Assembly (NCBI GenBank): GCA_018241625.1
Contig: JAFEDM010000515.1
Location: 1 to 51,778 of the forward strand
DNA from: Pseudomonadota bacterium
GTDB taxonomy: Bacteria; Pseudomonadota; Alphaproteobacteria; Caulobacterales; Caulobacteraceae
Direction of reading: 5' to 3'
DNA length: 51,778 nt
Shown here one piece after another: positions 1-9,127 of this stretch (within the stretch, counting starts at the first letter, position 1; the number at the start of each line of letters is the position of its first letter). Position numbers and translations under genes: made by a program. The notes beneath the pieces are model-generated. The model made no database searches. It was not told the origin of the DNA and worked only from the letters and a program-made list of their open reading frames with translations.

Positions 1-556
1 CCTTGGCCTGACCGGGCTGCGCGGCGTCCACGTCGGCCTTCACGATCCGGCCGTGCGGGCCGGAGCCCTTCACGGCGGACAGGTCCAGCCCCTTCTGCTC
101 GGCGATCCGCCGGGCGAGCGGTGAAGCGAAGGTGCGTTGGCCTTTCTGCTCCTCACCCGCTCGCGGGGGAGGTGTCGGCGCAGCCGACGGAGGGGGCGGC
201 GCGCCGGCGGGAGCCTTTGCCCCCTCCGTCACCTTCGGCGACACCTCCCCCGAACTCTTCGGTTCTGGGGAGGAGCTTTCCGCCTTGGGCGCAGGCGGCG
301 CGGACGCGCCCACGTCCTCGCCCGACAGCCGCGCGATCGGCGCGTTGACCTTCACGCCCTCCGTGCCTTCGGGGACCAGGATCTCCTCGACGGTGCCTTC
401 GTCGACGGCCTCCACCTCCATGGTCGCCTTGTCCGTCTCGATCTCGGCGATGACGTCGCCGGAACGCACGGCGTCACCCTTCTTCACGTGCCACTTGGCG
501 AGCGTGCCCTCCTCCATGGTCGGAGACAGGGCCGGCATCAGGACGTCGATGCTCAT
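1..556 (-). CDS. pdhC: Dihydrolipoamide acetyltransferase (E2) of a pyruvate/2-oxoacid dehydrogenase complex, N-terminal part; runs off the window
   Basis: Not in the ORF track; manual translation from ATG at 556 gives [54 protein letters not shown] (lipoyl domain, ETDKA), a Pro/Ala linker, then [16 protein letters not shown] (E1/E3-binding domain). ATGA overlap with the upstream E1 stop. Confidence 0.93.
   Translation of the reverse strand, partial: MSIDVLMPALSPTMEEGTLAKWHVKKGDAVRSGDVIAEIETDKATMEVEAVDEGTVEEILVPEGTEGVKVNAPIARLSGEDVGASAPPAPKAESSSPEPKSSGEVSPKVTEGAKAPAGAPPPPSAAPTPPPRAGEEQKGQRTFASPLARRIAEQKGLDLSAVKGSGPHGRIVKADVDAAQPGQAK
148..276. repeat. Composite palindromic REP-like element inside the E2 linker
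   Basis: Nested inverted arms GCTCCTC/GAGGAGC, GGGGGAGGTGTCG/CGACACCTCCCCC and GACGGAGGGGGC/GCCCCCTCCGTC; each half carries its own small hairpin. Resembles alphaproteobacterial intergenic palindromic repeats. Confidence 0.75.
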
Positions 557-2925
557 GACGCGCGATCCAGGAACAGATCGGCGCAGGCCTCGACGATCGC
601 GTCGCAGTCCAGCCGATAGCGCCGGTAGAGGTCCACGAGGTCGCCCACCTGGCCGAAGCTGTCGGTTCCGAGGCTGGAGACCCGCTGGCCAAGGACGCCG
701 CCCAGCCAGGACAGGGTCGCCGGCGAGCCATCGATGACGGTCACCAGACCGGCGCCCGGCGCGAGCTGCCCAAGCACGGCCTCCGCGTGACTGACGGCCC
801 GGCTCCCCTCGCGCCAGCGCGCCCGGCGGCTTGCGATCCAGTCCCGATGCAACAGCCCCGGCGACACCACGTTGAGCACGCCCAGGCCCGGCAGGTCATC
901 GCCGAGCGCCTCGGCCGCCTCCAGCACCTCCGGCGCCACCGCGCCGCAGAACACGATGGCCGCCTCGCAGCCGGCGCCCGGCGCTTTCAGCCAATAGGCG
1001 CCTTTCAGGGCGTCCTCGCGCCACGCGTCCCCGTCTCGCGCGGCCTGTGCGATCGCGCGCGTCGTCAGCCGCAGGTAGACCGACCCGCCGTCGTCGGCCT
1101 GCATGTGCTCGAATGACCAGCGCATCACCTCCGACAGCTCGTCGACGAAGGCTGGTTCGAAGTAGGTCAGCCCGGGCTGGCCCATACCGACCAGCGGCGT
1201 GTAGATCGACTGGTGAGCGCCGCCCTCCGGGCCGAGCGTGAGGCCGCTGGGCGTCGCGACCAGCATGAAGCGTGCGTCCTGGTAACAGGCATAGTTCAGA
1301 GCATCGAGGCCGCGGCTGATGAAAGGGTCGTAGACCGTTCCGATGGGCAGGAGACGCTCGCCGAACAGCGGCGCGGTCAGCCCGAAGGCGGCCAGGTTCA
1401 GGAACAGATTGTGCTCGGCGATCCCCAGCTCCACATGCTGGCCCGCGGCCGCGCCGGCCCACTTCTGCGGCGACGGAATCTTGGCCTCGCGGAAGACGTC
1501 GGCCAGTTCGCGACGCCGGAACAGGCCGCGCTGGTTCACGAAGCCGCCGAGGTTGGTCGACACCGTCACGTCGGGGCTGGTGGTCACGATGCGGTCAGCG
1601 ATGGGATGACCGCTCTTGGCGAGGTCCAGCAGGATGCGTCCGAACGCGCTCTGGGTCGCCTGCTCCGCGCCCTCCGGCGACGGGAACGCGCCCCGCGACG
1701 GTACGGGCGCCGGCGCGGCCTTGAACCGCCGTTCCGCCGGCTGCGCGAAGGGCGCGGCGGCGATCTGCGCGCGCACCTCGTCGGCGTCCACCGCCGACAG
1801 CCCGGCCAGCGGCTCCCACTCCTCGCCCGGCGGCACGCCCATCTTCGCGCGCAACGCCTCCACCTGTGACGGCGTCATCAAGCCGGCGTGGTTGTCCTTG
1901 TGCCCCTGCAGCGGCAGGCCGAAGCCCTTGACGGTGTAGGCGATGAACAGGGTCGGGGTGTCGTCGGCGGCGCAGACGTCGAAGGCCTCCGTCAGGGTCT
2001 CGATGCAGTGGCCGCCCAGACCGATCATCAAGTCGTGAAGCTCGTCGTCGGAGAAGCTGGCGAGCAGGACCTCGACACCCGCCCTACCTCCGATGTCGCG
2101 CAGCAACCGCGCCCGCCACGCCGCGCCGCCCTGGTAGGTCAGGGCCGCATATTCGGCGTTGGAGCAGCTCTCGATCCAGGCCTTGAGCGCGAGGCCCCCC
2201 GGCCGGGCGAAGGCGCTTAGCTGGGCCTTGCCCCACTTCAGCGTCACCACCCGCCAGCCAGCGGTTTCGAAGATGTCGTCGAACCGGTCGAACATTCGGT
2301 CGGCCGTCGTCGCGTCGAGGCTCTGGCGGTTGTAGTCGACGATCCACCAGACATTGCGGATGTCGTGCTTGTAGGCCTCGATCAGGCATTCGTAGATGTT
2401 GCCCTCGTCGAGCTCGGCGTCGCCTAGGGTGGCCACGAAGCGGCCCTGCCGATGCGGATCCAGCAGTCCATGGCCGGCGAGCCAGTCCTGGGCCAGGGAG
2501 GCGAAAGCGGTGATCGCCACGCCCAGGCCGACTGAGCCCGTGGAGAAGTCCACGTCGTCAGCGTCCTTCGTGCGGGACGGATAGGACTGGGCGCCGCCGA
2601 AGCTACGAAAAGCCTCCAGCTGTTCGCGGGTCTGCCGGCCCATCAGGTACTGCGCGGCGTGGAACACCGGCGAGGCATGGGGCTTAACGGCGACCCGGTC
2701 CTGGGGCCGCAGCGCATGGAAGTAGAGCGCCGTCATGATCGTGGTCATGGAGGCGCAGGACGCCTGGTGGCCGCCGACCTTCAGCCCGTCACGGCTCGGG
2801 CGGATGTGATTGGCGTGGTGGATCGTCCAGGTGGCCAACCACCGCAAGCGCTCGTCGATGTGCGCCAGAGCGCGTAGCTGCGCGCCGGGACGCTCGTTTG
2901 AAAGGGCAAGGCTGTGTGTCGGCAT
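553..2925 (-). CDS. Single-chain ThDP-dependent 2-oxoacid (pyruvate) dehydrogenase E1, AceE/MdeB/transketolase-like
   Basis: [16 protein letters not shown], ThDP motif GDAELDEG...N, GIAE and EGGAHQ; translationally coupled to E2. Confidence 0.88.
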   Translation of the reverse strand: MPTHSLALSNERPGAQLRALAHIDERLRWLATWTIHHANHIRPSRDGLKVGGHQASCASMTTIMTALYFHALRPQDRVAVKPHASPVFHAAQYLMGRQTREQLEAFRSFGGAQSYPSRTKDADDVDFSTGSVGLGVAITAFASLAQDWLAGHGLLDPHRQGRFVATLGDAELDEGNIYECLIEAYKHDIRNVWWIVDYNRQSLDATTADRMFDRFDDIFETAGWRVVTLKWGKAQLSAFARPGGLALKAWIESCSNAEYAALTYQGGAAWRARLLRDIGGRAGVEVLLASFSDDELHDLMIGLGGHCIETLTEAFDVCAADDTPTLFIAYTVKGFGLPLQGHKDNHAGLMTPSQVEALRAKMGVPPGEEWEPLAGLSAVDADEVRAQIAAAPFAQPAERRFKAAPAPVPSRGAFPSPEGAEQATQSAFGRILLDLAKSGHPIADRIVTTSPDVTVSTNLGGFVNQRGLFRRRELADVFREAKIPSPQKWAGAAAGQHVELGIAEHNLFLNLAAFGLTAPLFGERLLPIGTVYDPFISRGLDALNYACYQDARFMLVATPSGLTLGPEGGAHQSIYTPLVGMGQPGLTYFEPAFVDELSEVMRWSFEHMQADDGGSVYLRLTTRAIAQAARDGDAWREDALKGAYWLKAPGAGCEAAIVFCGAVAPEVLEAAEALGDDLPGLGVLNVVSPGLLHRDWIASRRARWREGSRAVSHAEAVLGQLAPGAGLVTVIDGSPATLSWLGGVLGQRVSSLGTDSFGQVGDLVDLYRRYRLDCDAIVEACADLFLDRAS

Positions 2926-2994
2926 GGGAGACCTGTTTGGTCAGTCAGTATCACGCCATCGACGGCAGGTTTCGGGCGAACTCGTCATCCAACT

Positions 2995-3029
2995 TCTCTA
3001 TTAGTGGAATTTTATGCCACCATTTGGGA
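2995..3029. promoter_or_regulatory. Tandem 14-bp motif pair (putative IclR operators) upstream of E1
   Basis: TCTCTATTAGTGGA (2995) and GCCACCATTTGGGA (3016) match the TCCAC-N4-TGGGA consensus; minus-strand TTGACG at 3064-3069. Confidence 0.55.
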
Positions 3030-3098
3030 ATCTCTGATCACTCTTTGCGCCGGGGGCCGCACGCGTCAAGGCCACGAAACGCCCCTGGTCGACTTTGA

Positions 3099-3112
3099 TG
3101 GTATCGTTTCCA
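3099..3112. promoter_or_regulatory. Putative LacI operator (2 mismatches)
   Basis: TGGTATCGTTTCCA upstream of the esterase-lacI-hydrolase unit. Confidence 0.65.
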
Positions 3113-3172
3113 AACCTAAAGCGCTAAGTCATCCATCGGGCTGCAACGCCCACGCGCGCGAAGGGGATGGGG

Positions 3173-4285
3173 ATGAAAGTGCTGCGGCTCGGTTTGATCT
3201 CTCTAGCGGCGCTGGCGCTCGGCCCCGCGGCTCATGCCCAGTCGCTCGATGAGGCGCGACTGAAGCCGGCCTGGCGGGCGCTGGACAAGAACCACGACGG
3301 CAAGGTCACGCTGGATGAACTTCCGCCGATGCTGGCGATGGCGCTGAAGCTGCATGACTTCGACAAGGACGGCGCCATCTCCCTCGCCGAGTACGTCGAC
3401 TTCGACCTCGACCCCAATGCTGAGGGGCATTCCCTCCTGCCCGCCAATGTGAAAATGGCCGCCAACCTGCCCTACGCGGGGACGGCTGACCCGCGCCAGG
3501 CGCTGGACGTCTACCTGCCCAGGCAGCCGAGCCTCCGCGGTCCGCTGCCGGTGATCGCATATATTCACGGGGGCGGCTGGTCGACGGGCAGCAAGATGCT
3601 GGGCCGGAACCTGCTGGCGAAGATGGTCGACGGCGGGCGTTATGCGGGGGTTTCGATCGGCTACCGCCTGTCCTGGCAGGCGACCTGGCCGGCGCAGATC
3701 GACGACGCCAAGGCGGCGATCCGTTGGATCCGGGCGCACGCCAAGGACTACAATTTCGACCCGAACCGGATCTGCCTTTTCGGCGTCTCGTCGGGGGCGC
3801 ACATGGCGGTGAAGGTAGGCCTCACCAACGGCGTGGCTGCCGACGAAGGCAAGGTCGGCCCCAACCTGAAGCAGTCGAGCCGCGTCCAGTGCGTTATCGA
3901 CGAGCTTGGCCCGATGGACCTCCGCAATTCCGGTCCGGCCGGCGCTGCGAACCCCATAACCCAGTTGCTCGGCGGGACGTCGGCCGAAAAGCCGGAGCTG
4001 GCGCGCAGCGCTTCGCCGATCCTCGACGTTCACGCAAAGGCGCCGCCGATCCTGATCATCGCCGGCAACAAGGACCCCTTCGTTCCCTATCAGCAGTCGG
4101 TCGCCCTCGACGAGGCCCTGCGCAAGGCCGGCGCGCCCGTGGTGCTTTTCCAGACCGTGGACGGCGGCGGCCACGGCGACTTCGGCGCGGCCAAGCCGGT
4201 GGTCGAGGACCGGATGGTGCTGTTCCTTGAGCGGAACTTCTATGATCATTCCACCGCGGTGCCGACCGACACCTTGCACAGGTAG
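3173..4285 (+). CDS. Exported alpha/beta hydrolase (carbohydrate/acetyl esterase-like) with N-terminal EF-hand pair
   Basis: Signal peptide ending AHA; DKNHDGKVTLDE and DFDKDGAISLAE loops; HGGGW, GVSSG nucleophile, D(PFV) and GHG. Alternative start at 3167. Confidence 0.85.
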   Translation: MKVLRLGLISLAALALGPAAHAQSLDEARLKPAWRALDKNHDGKVTLDELPPMLAMALKLHDFDKDGAISLAEYVDFDLDPNAEGHSLLPANVKMAANLPYAGTADPRQALDVYLPRQPSLRGPLPVIAYIHGGGWSTGSKMLGRNLLAKMVDGGRYAGVSIGYRLSWQATWPAQIDDAKAAIRWIRAHAKDYNFDPNRICLFGVSSGAHMAVKVGLTNGVAADEGKVGPNLKQSSRVQCVIDELGPMDLRNSGPAGAANPITQLLGGTSAEKPELARSASPILDVHAKAPPILIIAGNKDPFVPYQQSVALDEALRKAGAPVVLFQTVDGGGHGDFGAAKPVVEDRMVLFLERNFYDHSTAVPTDTLHR

Positions 4286-4363
4286 CTGCGCTTCGGAGAC
4301 GTTGGCATAGAGTGGCGGAAGCCCGCGGCCCGCGCCGACGAACCGACCAGCAAGAGGTACGAT

Positions 4364-5380
4364 TTGCCCCGCCCCATCGGAATTCATGACGTCGCGAAAA
4401 AGGCCGGGGTCGCGGCCTCCTCAGTGTCCCGGGTGATCTCGGGGCACCCGAACGTCAGCCCGGAGATGAAGGAGCGTGTGCTCACCGCGGCCGCCGCGCT
4501 CGGCTACGAGCCCAATATCCTGGCGCAAGGTCTCCGCCGGGGCTCCACCCAGACGATCGGCCTAGTCGTGCCGGATATCTCGAACCCCCTGTTCTCGGAG
4601 CTCGTGTTCCACGCGGAGAACACCCTGAACGCGGCGGGCTACGCCCTGCTGATCGCCAACTCACAAGGCGTTCCGGGGAGCGACATCACCCACATCAAGC
4701 TCCTTCGCCAACGGGTCGATGGCTTCCTGCTCTCGCTCTCCGACGAGACGGACGCGCAGACGGCGTCCGCGCTGAAGGAACTCGACAAGCCGTTCGTCCT
4801 GCTGGACCGCGACATCGCCAAGACCAAGTACTCCTCCGTCCTCTGGGACCACGGCTCGGGCATCAAGGCCGCGGCCACCCACCTGGCCGATCTGGGGCAC
4901 CGGCGCATCGCGATGATCGACGGCAACCCGCGGGTACATCCGACGCGCGCGAGGTCCCTGGCCCTGCAGACCGCCTTCGAAGACCGGCCTGAAGTCCATC
5001 TCGCGAAGTACGACGGCGCCTTCACCCCCGACCACGGCGAGCGGACAACCGACTTCCTGTTGGGCGGCGAAAACGCCCCCACCGCCATCATCGCTGGCTC
5101 CGTCCAGATCCTCATCGGCGTGTTGCGGTGCCTGCGCCGGCGCAAGCTGCGGGTGCCGGACGACCTGTCTCTGGTCACCATCGACCACGCGCCTATGCTC
5201 GAGTTCATCGACCCGCCGCTGGCGACCATCGACCGCGACTGCGGCGACTTCGGCCGCGCGGCGGCGCAACTGCTGCTGGACCGGCTTGAGGGCCGCACCA
5301 CCCGGAAGCGCCCGTTGCCGGTCAACTTCGATCCGAAATCCAGCTGCGCCCCGCCAATGGACAAGGCCAGGTCAGCATAA
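4364..5380 (+). CDS. LacI family transcriptional regulator
   Basis: IHDVAKKAGVAASSVSRVI HTH, YEPNILAQGL hinge, periplasmic-binding-protein-like effector domain; TTG start. Confidence 0.95.
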   Translation: MPRPIGIHDVAKKAGVAASSVSRVISGHPNVSPEMKERVLTAAAALGYEPNILAQGLRRGSTQTIGLVVPDISNPLFSELVFHAENTLNAAGYALLIANSQGVPGSDITHIKLLRQRVDGFLLSLSDETDAQTASALKELDKPFVLLDRDIAKTKYSSVLWDHGSGIKAAATHLADLGHRRIAMIDGNPRVHPTRARSLALQTAFEDRPEVHLAKYDGAFTPDHGERTTDFLLGGENAPTAIIAGSVQILIGVLRCLRRRKLRVPDDLSLVTIDHAPMLEFIDPPLATIDRDCGDFGRAAAQLLLDRLEGRTTRKRPLPVNFDPKSSCAPPMDKARSA

Positions 5381-5431
5381 GCCGCCATCCGCAGACTGGA
5401 GGGCCGGCGATCAGCTTAGGAGATTGTCGAA

Positions 5432-6322
5432 ATGGCGGGACGATCGAGCGCGGCCCATTGGACGGCGGCAACTCTCATCCTGTTGTCCCTGCTGGTCTTG
5501 CCCGCGGCCACAAGGGCCGGCCAGTACGTCACCGTCGATCCCAAGGCCAAGGTCCGCCTGTACTACGAGGCCTCTGGCTCCGGCGATCCCGTCGTCTTCG
5601 TGCCGGGCTGGACCATGACGTCGCGCTATTTCAGCCGTCAGGTCGACTATTTCCAGGGCTCGAAATCCAGCCGCTTCATCGTCTTCGACCCCAGAGCGCA
5701 CGGCCGCTCCACCAAGACCCTGGAGGGCGCCAACTATGTGCAGCATGCCCACGATCTGAAGCTGTTCCTCGACAAGCTGGGCCTGAAGCACGTCGTGCTC
5801 GGGGGCTGGTCCTGGGGCATGGACACGATCTACGCCTACCTGTCGATCTACGGCTCCGACAACGTCAGAGCCGTCGTCGACATCGACCAGACACCCAACC
5901 CGCTCGCGTCAGGTGAAGGCGCCTGGAAGGACGGCAATCTGACCGAGGTGAAGTCGTTCTTCGATGACTTCACCAGGAACCGGGCGGCAACGACCCGGGG
6001 CTTCATCCCGACCATGTTCAGCAAGCCGCCCTCCACCGCCGACCAGCGGTGGATGGCGTCGGAGGTCATGATGACGCCGGAGATCGTGGCTGACCTGCTC
6101 TATTACGACGGCTGGATGTTCGACAGCACCGAACTGGTGCGGAAGCTCAAGGTCCCGCAGCTCTATTTCGTCAGCGAGGGCAATGCGGCGGCGGCGGCGG
6201 CCTTCATCGCCCGCAACTGCCCTGACGCGGAACTGGTCCCCCTGGGCGAGCACGCCATGTTCTACGACCACGCTTCGGTCTTCAACGACCGCCTGGCGAG
6301 ATTCCTGGCCGAGCACCCCTAG
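5432..6322 (+). CDS. Exported alpha/beta hydrolase (non-heme haloperoxidase/arylesterase-like)
   Basis: Signal peptide; PGW, DPRAHGRS, GWSWG nucleophile elbow and C-terminal His (GEHA). Confidence 0.85.
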   Translation: MAGRSSAAHWTAATLILLSLLVLPAATRAGQYVTVDPKAKVRLYYEASGSGDPVVFVPGWTMTSRYFSRQVDYFQGSKSSRFIVFDPRAHGRSTKTLEGANYVQHAHDLKLFLDKLGLKHVVLGGWSWGMDTIYAYLSIYGSDNVRAVVDIDQTPNPLASGEGAWKDGNLTEVKSFFDDFTRNRAATTRGFIPTMFSKPPSTADQRWMASEVMMTPEIVADLLYYDGWMFDSTELVRKLKVPQLYFVSEGNAAAAAAFIARNCPDAELVPLGEHAMFYDHASVFNDRLARFLAEHP

Positions 6323-6343
6323 CCGCACCGCGCATCTATGCGC

Positions 6344-7933
6344 CTACGGGTCCAGGTAGACCGTCTCCAGATAGAGGTGCCGGGTCGGGGTCGAGCGGTA
6401 GCCGTGCACTCGGTCGCGCATGGCGATCGGCGCATCGACGAAGACCAGGTAGAGCTGCGCCGCATCGTCCCAGCCTATCTTCTGCATGTGAGCGAACAGC
6501 TCCGCGCGGCGTGCGCCCGAGGCCCGCTTCGCCTCTGCGAAGAGGCGGACCATCTCGGGATTGTGGTAGTCGGTCCAGGCCGAGTCGAAGCCAAAGCCCT
6601 CCGCGCAGCAGAATTCCCAGTACCCTTCCGGATCGATCTGATCGGCGCTGGTCGACGCAAGGAACATCTCGAACCGTTTGGCGCCTCGAAGCTGGAACTT
6701 GGTGCCGGCCTCCACCTGCAGGATCTTCACAGCGATCCCGATCTTCGCGAGCTGGTATTTGACGATCGTCGCGATCCCGCCCTCAACCGGATCGCCCGAG
6801 GCGATCAGCAGCTCCGTCTGGAAGCCGTGTGGATAGCGGCTCTGCGCCATCAACGCCCGGGCCTTGCCCAGATCGTAGGCGTAGGGCGCCTGCGGCGCGT
6901 AGAATTTCGTGCGCGGCGCTTCGGAATCCATGGCCTTGGCCGTGCCGAAGAACACGACCTTGGCGATCGCCTGCTTATCGATCGCGTAGTTCATCGCCTT
7001 CCTGACGTTCAGGTCCGCGAACGCCGGCTGGGTGACCCGCTGCAGCCGGATCAAGGACCCGGCCAGCGTCGGGAACACCTGGATCCTGATGTGCGGTGCG
7101 CGGCCCAGCTCCACCAACTGTGAAGGCAACGGGTCCTGAACGACATCGACCTGCCCGGCCCGCAGCTGGATCGCCTGGGTGGCGGAATCGCCGACCACCG
7201 TCAGCCGGACCTCGTCGACGCAGGGATAGGGCTGGTTCCAGTAGTACGGGTTCCTGACCAGGCGGGCGCCCTGACCCTTCCGCCAACTGGCCAGGACGAA
7301 CGGACCGGCCGACACCGGGGCGTTCATCATCGCCTGCGGCTCGCTCCCTTTGGGATAGATGCCGACGCCGGGGAGTTGCTGCTCCACAAAGGCGGGATAG
7401 CCGTGGGCCAGCTTGATCACGAAGGTCGCCGGGTCTGGCGCCTCGAACACCGCCTGGGGAATGCGGCTCTTCAGCGTGCTTCTGGGATCGGCGTAGTTGC
7501 GGCTGAAGCTGTCCAGCACATCGGCCGAGGTCAGGGCGGCGCCGTTAGAGAACCGGAGCCCCGGCCGCAAGTGGAAGGTGAACACCGTCGCATCGCCGTT
7601 GGCGTCCCAGGACGTGGCCGCCATCCCCTCGACCGCGGTCGCGTCGATGTTGTTGCGCACCAGCGGCAGGTTGACGAGCGGCCAGGCCGAAATGCTGGGA
7701 TTGTCGAGGTTGTAGTACCAGTCGGTGACGTCGGCGCTGCGCGCGAAGGTCAGGACGCCGCCCACCTTCGGACATTGATCGGAGGGCTGCCGGTTGGACG
7801 GGTCGGCGCCCTTGGCCTGATGCGCGGCGAAGGGCGCGGCCGTGTCGCGATGATGTCCGACAGACCGCAGGGCCAACCAGGCCAGGACGGCGATCATGGC
7901 CACCGCCAGGACGAGAAGCGTTCGCTTGGCCAT
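6344..7933 (-). CDS. ABC transporter substrate-binding protein, family 5 (peptide/nickel/opine type)
   Basis: N-terminal hydrophobic segment; FTFHLRPGLRFSNG, GPFVL..W, RNPYYW and NVRKAMNYAID family-5 motifs. Confidence 0.92.
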   Translation of the reverse strand: MAKRTLLVLAVAMIAVLAWLALRSVGHHRDTAAPFAAHQAKGADPSNRQPSDQCPKVGGVLTFARSADVTDWYYNLDNPSISAWPLVNLPLVRNNIDATAVEGMAATSWDANGDATVFTFHLRPGLRFSNGAALTSADVLDSFSRNYADPRSTLKSRIPQAVFEAPDPATFVIKLAHGYPAFVEQQLPGVGIYPKGSEPQAMMNAPVSAGPFVLASWRKGQGARLVRNPYYWNQPYPCVDEVRLTVVGDSATQAIQLRAGQVDVVQDPLPSQLVELGRAPHIRIQVFPTLAGSLIRLQRVTQPAFADLNVRKAMNYAIDKQAIAKVVFFGTAKAMDSEAPRTKFYAPQAPYAYDLGKARALMAQSRYPHGFQTELLIASGDPVEGGIATIVKYQLAKIGIAVKILQVEAGTKFQLRGAKRFEMFLASTSADQIDPEGYWEFCCAEGFGFDSAWTDYHNPEMVRLFAEAKRASGARRAELFAHMQKIGWDDAAQLYLVFVDAPIAMRDRVHGYRSTPTRHLYLETVYLDP

Positions 7934-7941
7934 AGGGCTGG

Positions 7942-8934
7942 TCAGACGCCCGGACCGGGAACGGGCGCGTCCTCGCGCAGGAGCCCGCGATGTTTCAGCG
8001 CCGTCCAGAGCTCCGCGGGGATGGAGAGGGCGGCGTTGGCCAAAGTGTCGTCGACCTCCTCGGGCGTCCGCGCGCCGACGACCACAGACGTCACCGCCGG
8101 ATGGGCTGCGGCGAATTGCAGGGCGGCCGCGCGGAGCGGCGTCTCGAAGTCCCGACAGACGGCTGCCAGCGCCTTCGCCTTGCCGAGGATTTCCGCGCCG
8201 GCCGGGGCGTAGTCGTACATCGCGCCTTCCGCCGGAGCGATCAGCAACCCCGAATTGAACACGCCGCCCGCGATGACCGAGATGCCGCGTTCGGCGACCA
8301 GGGGGAACAGCTCGTCGAGCGCGGACTGGTCGAGCAGGGTGTAGCGACCGGCCAACAGGAAGACGTCGAAATCGGCCTCCTGGGCGAACCGGACCAGCGG
8401 TTCGACGCCGTTCATCCCGACGCCCAGCGCTCCGAAGTGGCCGGCCTCCCGCATCGCCCGCAGTTTCGGGTAGGCCATCCGCAGCACGTCCGCATGATGG
8501 TCGTCCGGGTCGTGGACCAGGACGACGTCTGGCGAGCCCAACCCCAGTCGCATCTGACTGTCGTGGATCGAAGCCTCCACGCCGTCCGCCGAGAAGTCGA
8601 ACACAGAATGGAAGGGCTGCGCCGCCTTGAAGAAGGCAACCTCATCCGGTCCAGCGACGAGGCGGCGGCCCGTCTTGGTGGAGATCCGCAATTCGGCGCG
8701 CGGCTTGCCCGCCAGCGCCTCGCCGAGGAAGAGCTCGGCCTGCCCGGCGCCGTAGAACGGCGCGGTGTCGAAGTAGCGGATGCCACGATCCCACGCGCGC
8801 CGGATCGTGCCGATCCCGGTCTCGCGACTAACCGCCTCCGGCCAGCCCCCCAGCGGCGCAGTACCGAGCCCCAGCCGCGAAATCTCGACCTGGGTGGCGC
8901 CGATGCGACGGGTCTCGGACGGGTCAAACGGCAT
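7942..8934 (-). CDS. Aldo/keto reductase, D-threo-aldose 1-dehydrogenase (L-fucose/L-galactose dehydrogenase)-like
   Basis: LGLGTAPLG, YFDTAPFYG, STKTG, VHDPD and LLAGRYTLLDQ; start set at MPFDP, downstream of the promoter/operator. Confidence 0.88.
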   Translation of the reverse strand: MPFDPSETRRIGATQVEISRLGLGTAPLGGWPEAVSRETGIGTIRRAWDRGIRYFDTAPFYGAGQAELFLGEALAGKPRAELRISTKTGRRLVAGPDEVAFFKAAQPFHSVFDFSADGVEASIHDSQMRLGLGSPDVVLVHDPDDHHADVLRMAYPKLRAMREAGHFGALGVGMNGVEPLVRFAQEADFDVFLLAGRYTLLDQSALDELFPLVAERGISVIAGGVFNSGLLIAPAEGAMYDYAPAGAEILGKAKALAAVCRDFETPLRAAALQFAAAHPAVTSVVVGARTPEEVDDTLANAALSIPAELWTALKHRGLLREDAPVPGPGV

Positions 8935-9027
8935 TGGGTATCCCGACAGGTCCGGCGCGAGCGCCCCGCCCGGACATGCATACATTCACGTTGCGGCTTC
9001 CGCCGCCACGCACTACCGTCGCCGCAA

Positions 9028-9043
9028 GTGGAAACGTTTCCAC
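9028..9043. promoter_or_regulatory. LacI operator, perfect palindrome in a divergent promoter region
   Basis: GTGGAAACGTTTCCAC; minus-strand TTGACA at 9065-9070. Confidence 0.85.
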
Positions 9044-9127
9044 GTTTGGCGCAATGCCGGGGCGTGTCAAGGCGCAAGCCTCCGACGCGGGCCGGATTTG
9101 CCGCCGCCGGAGGCTGCTGTGGGACTC

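Noticed and set aside
8780-9127. N-terminal extensions of the hydrolase (from 8780), and similarly of rhmD (41077) and the enolase (48794)
   Set aside because: They run through promoter/operator DNA or opposite-strand genes; the recurring WKRF/GNVS peptides are just the translated LacI operator.
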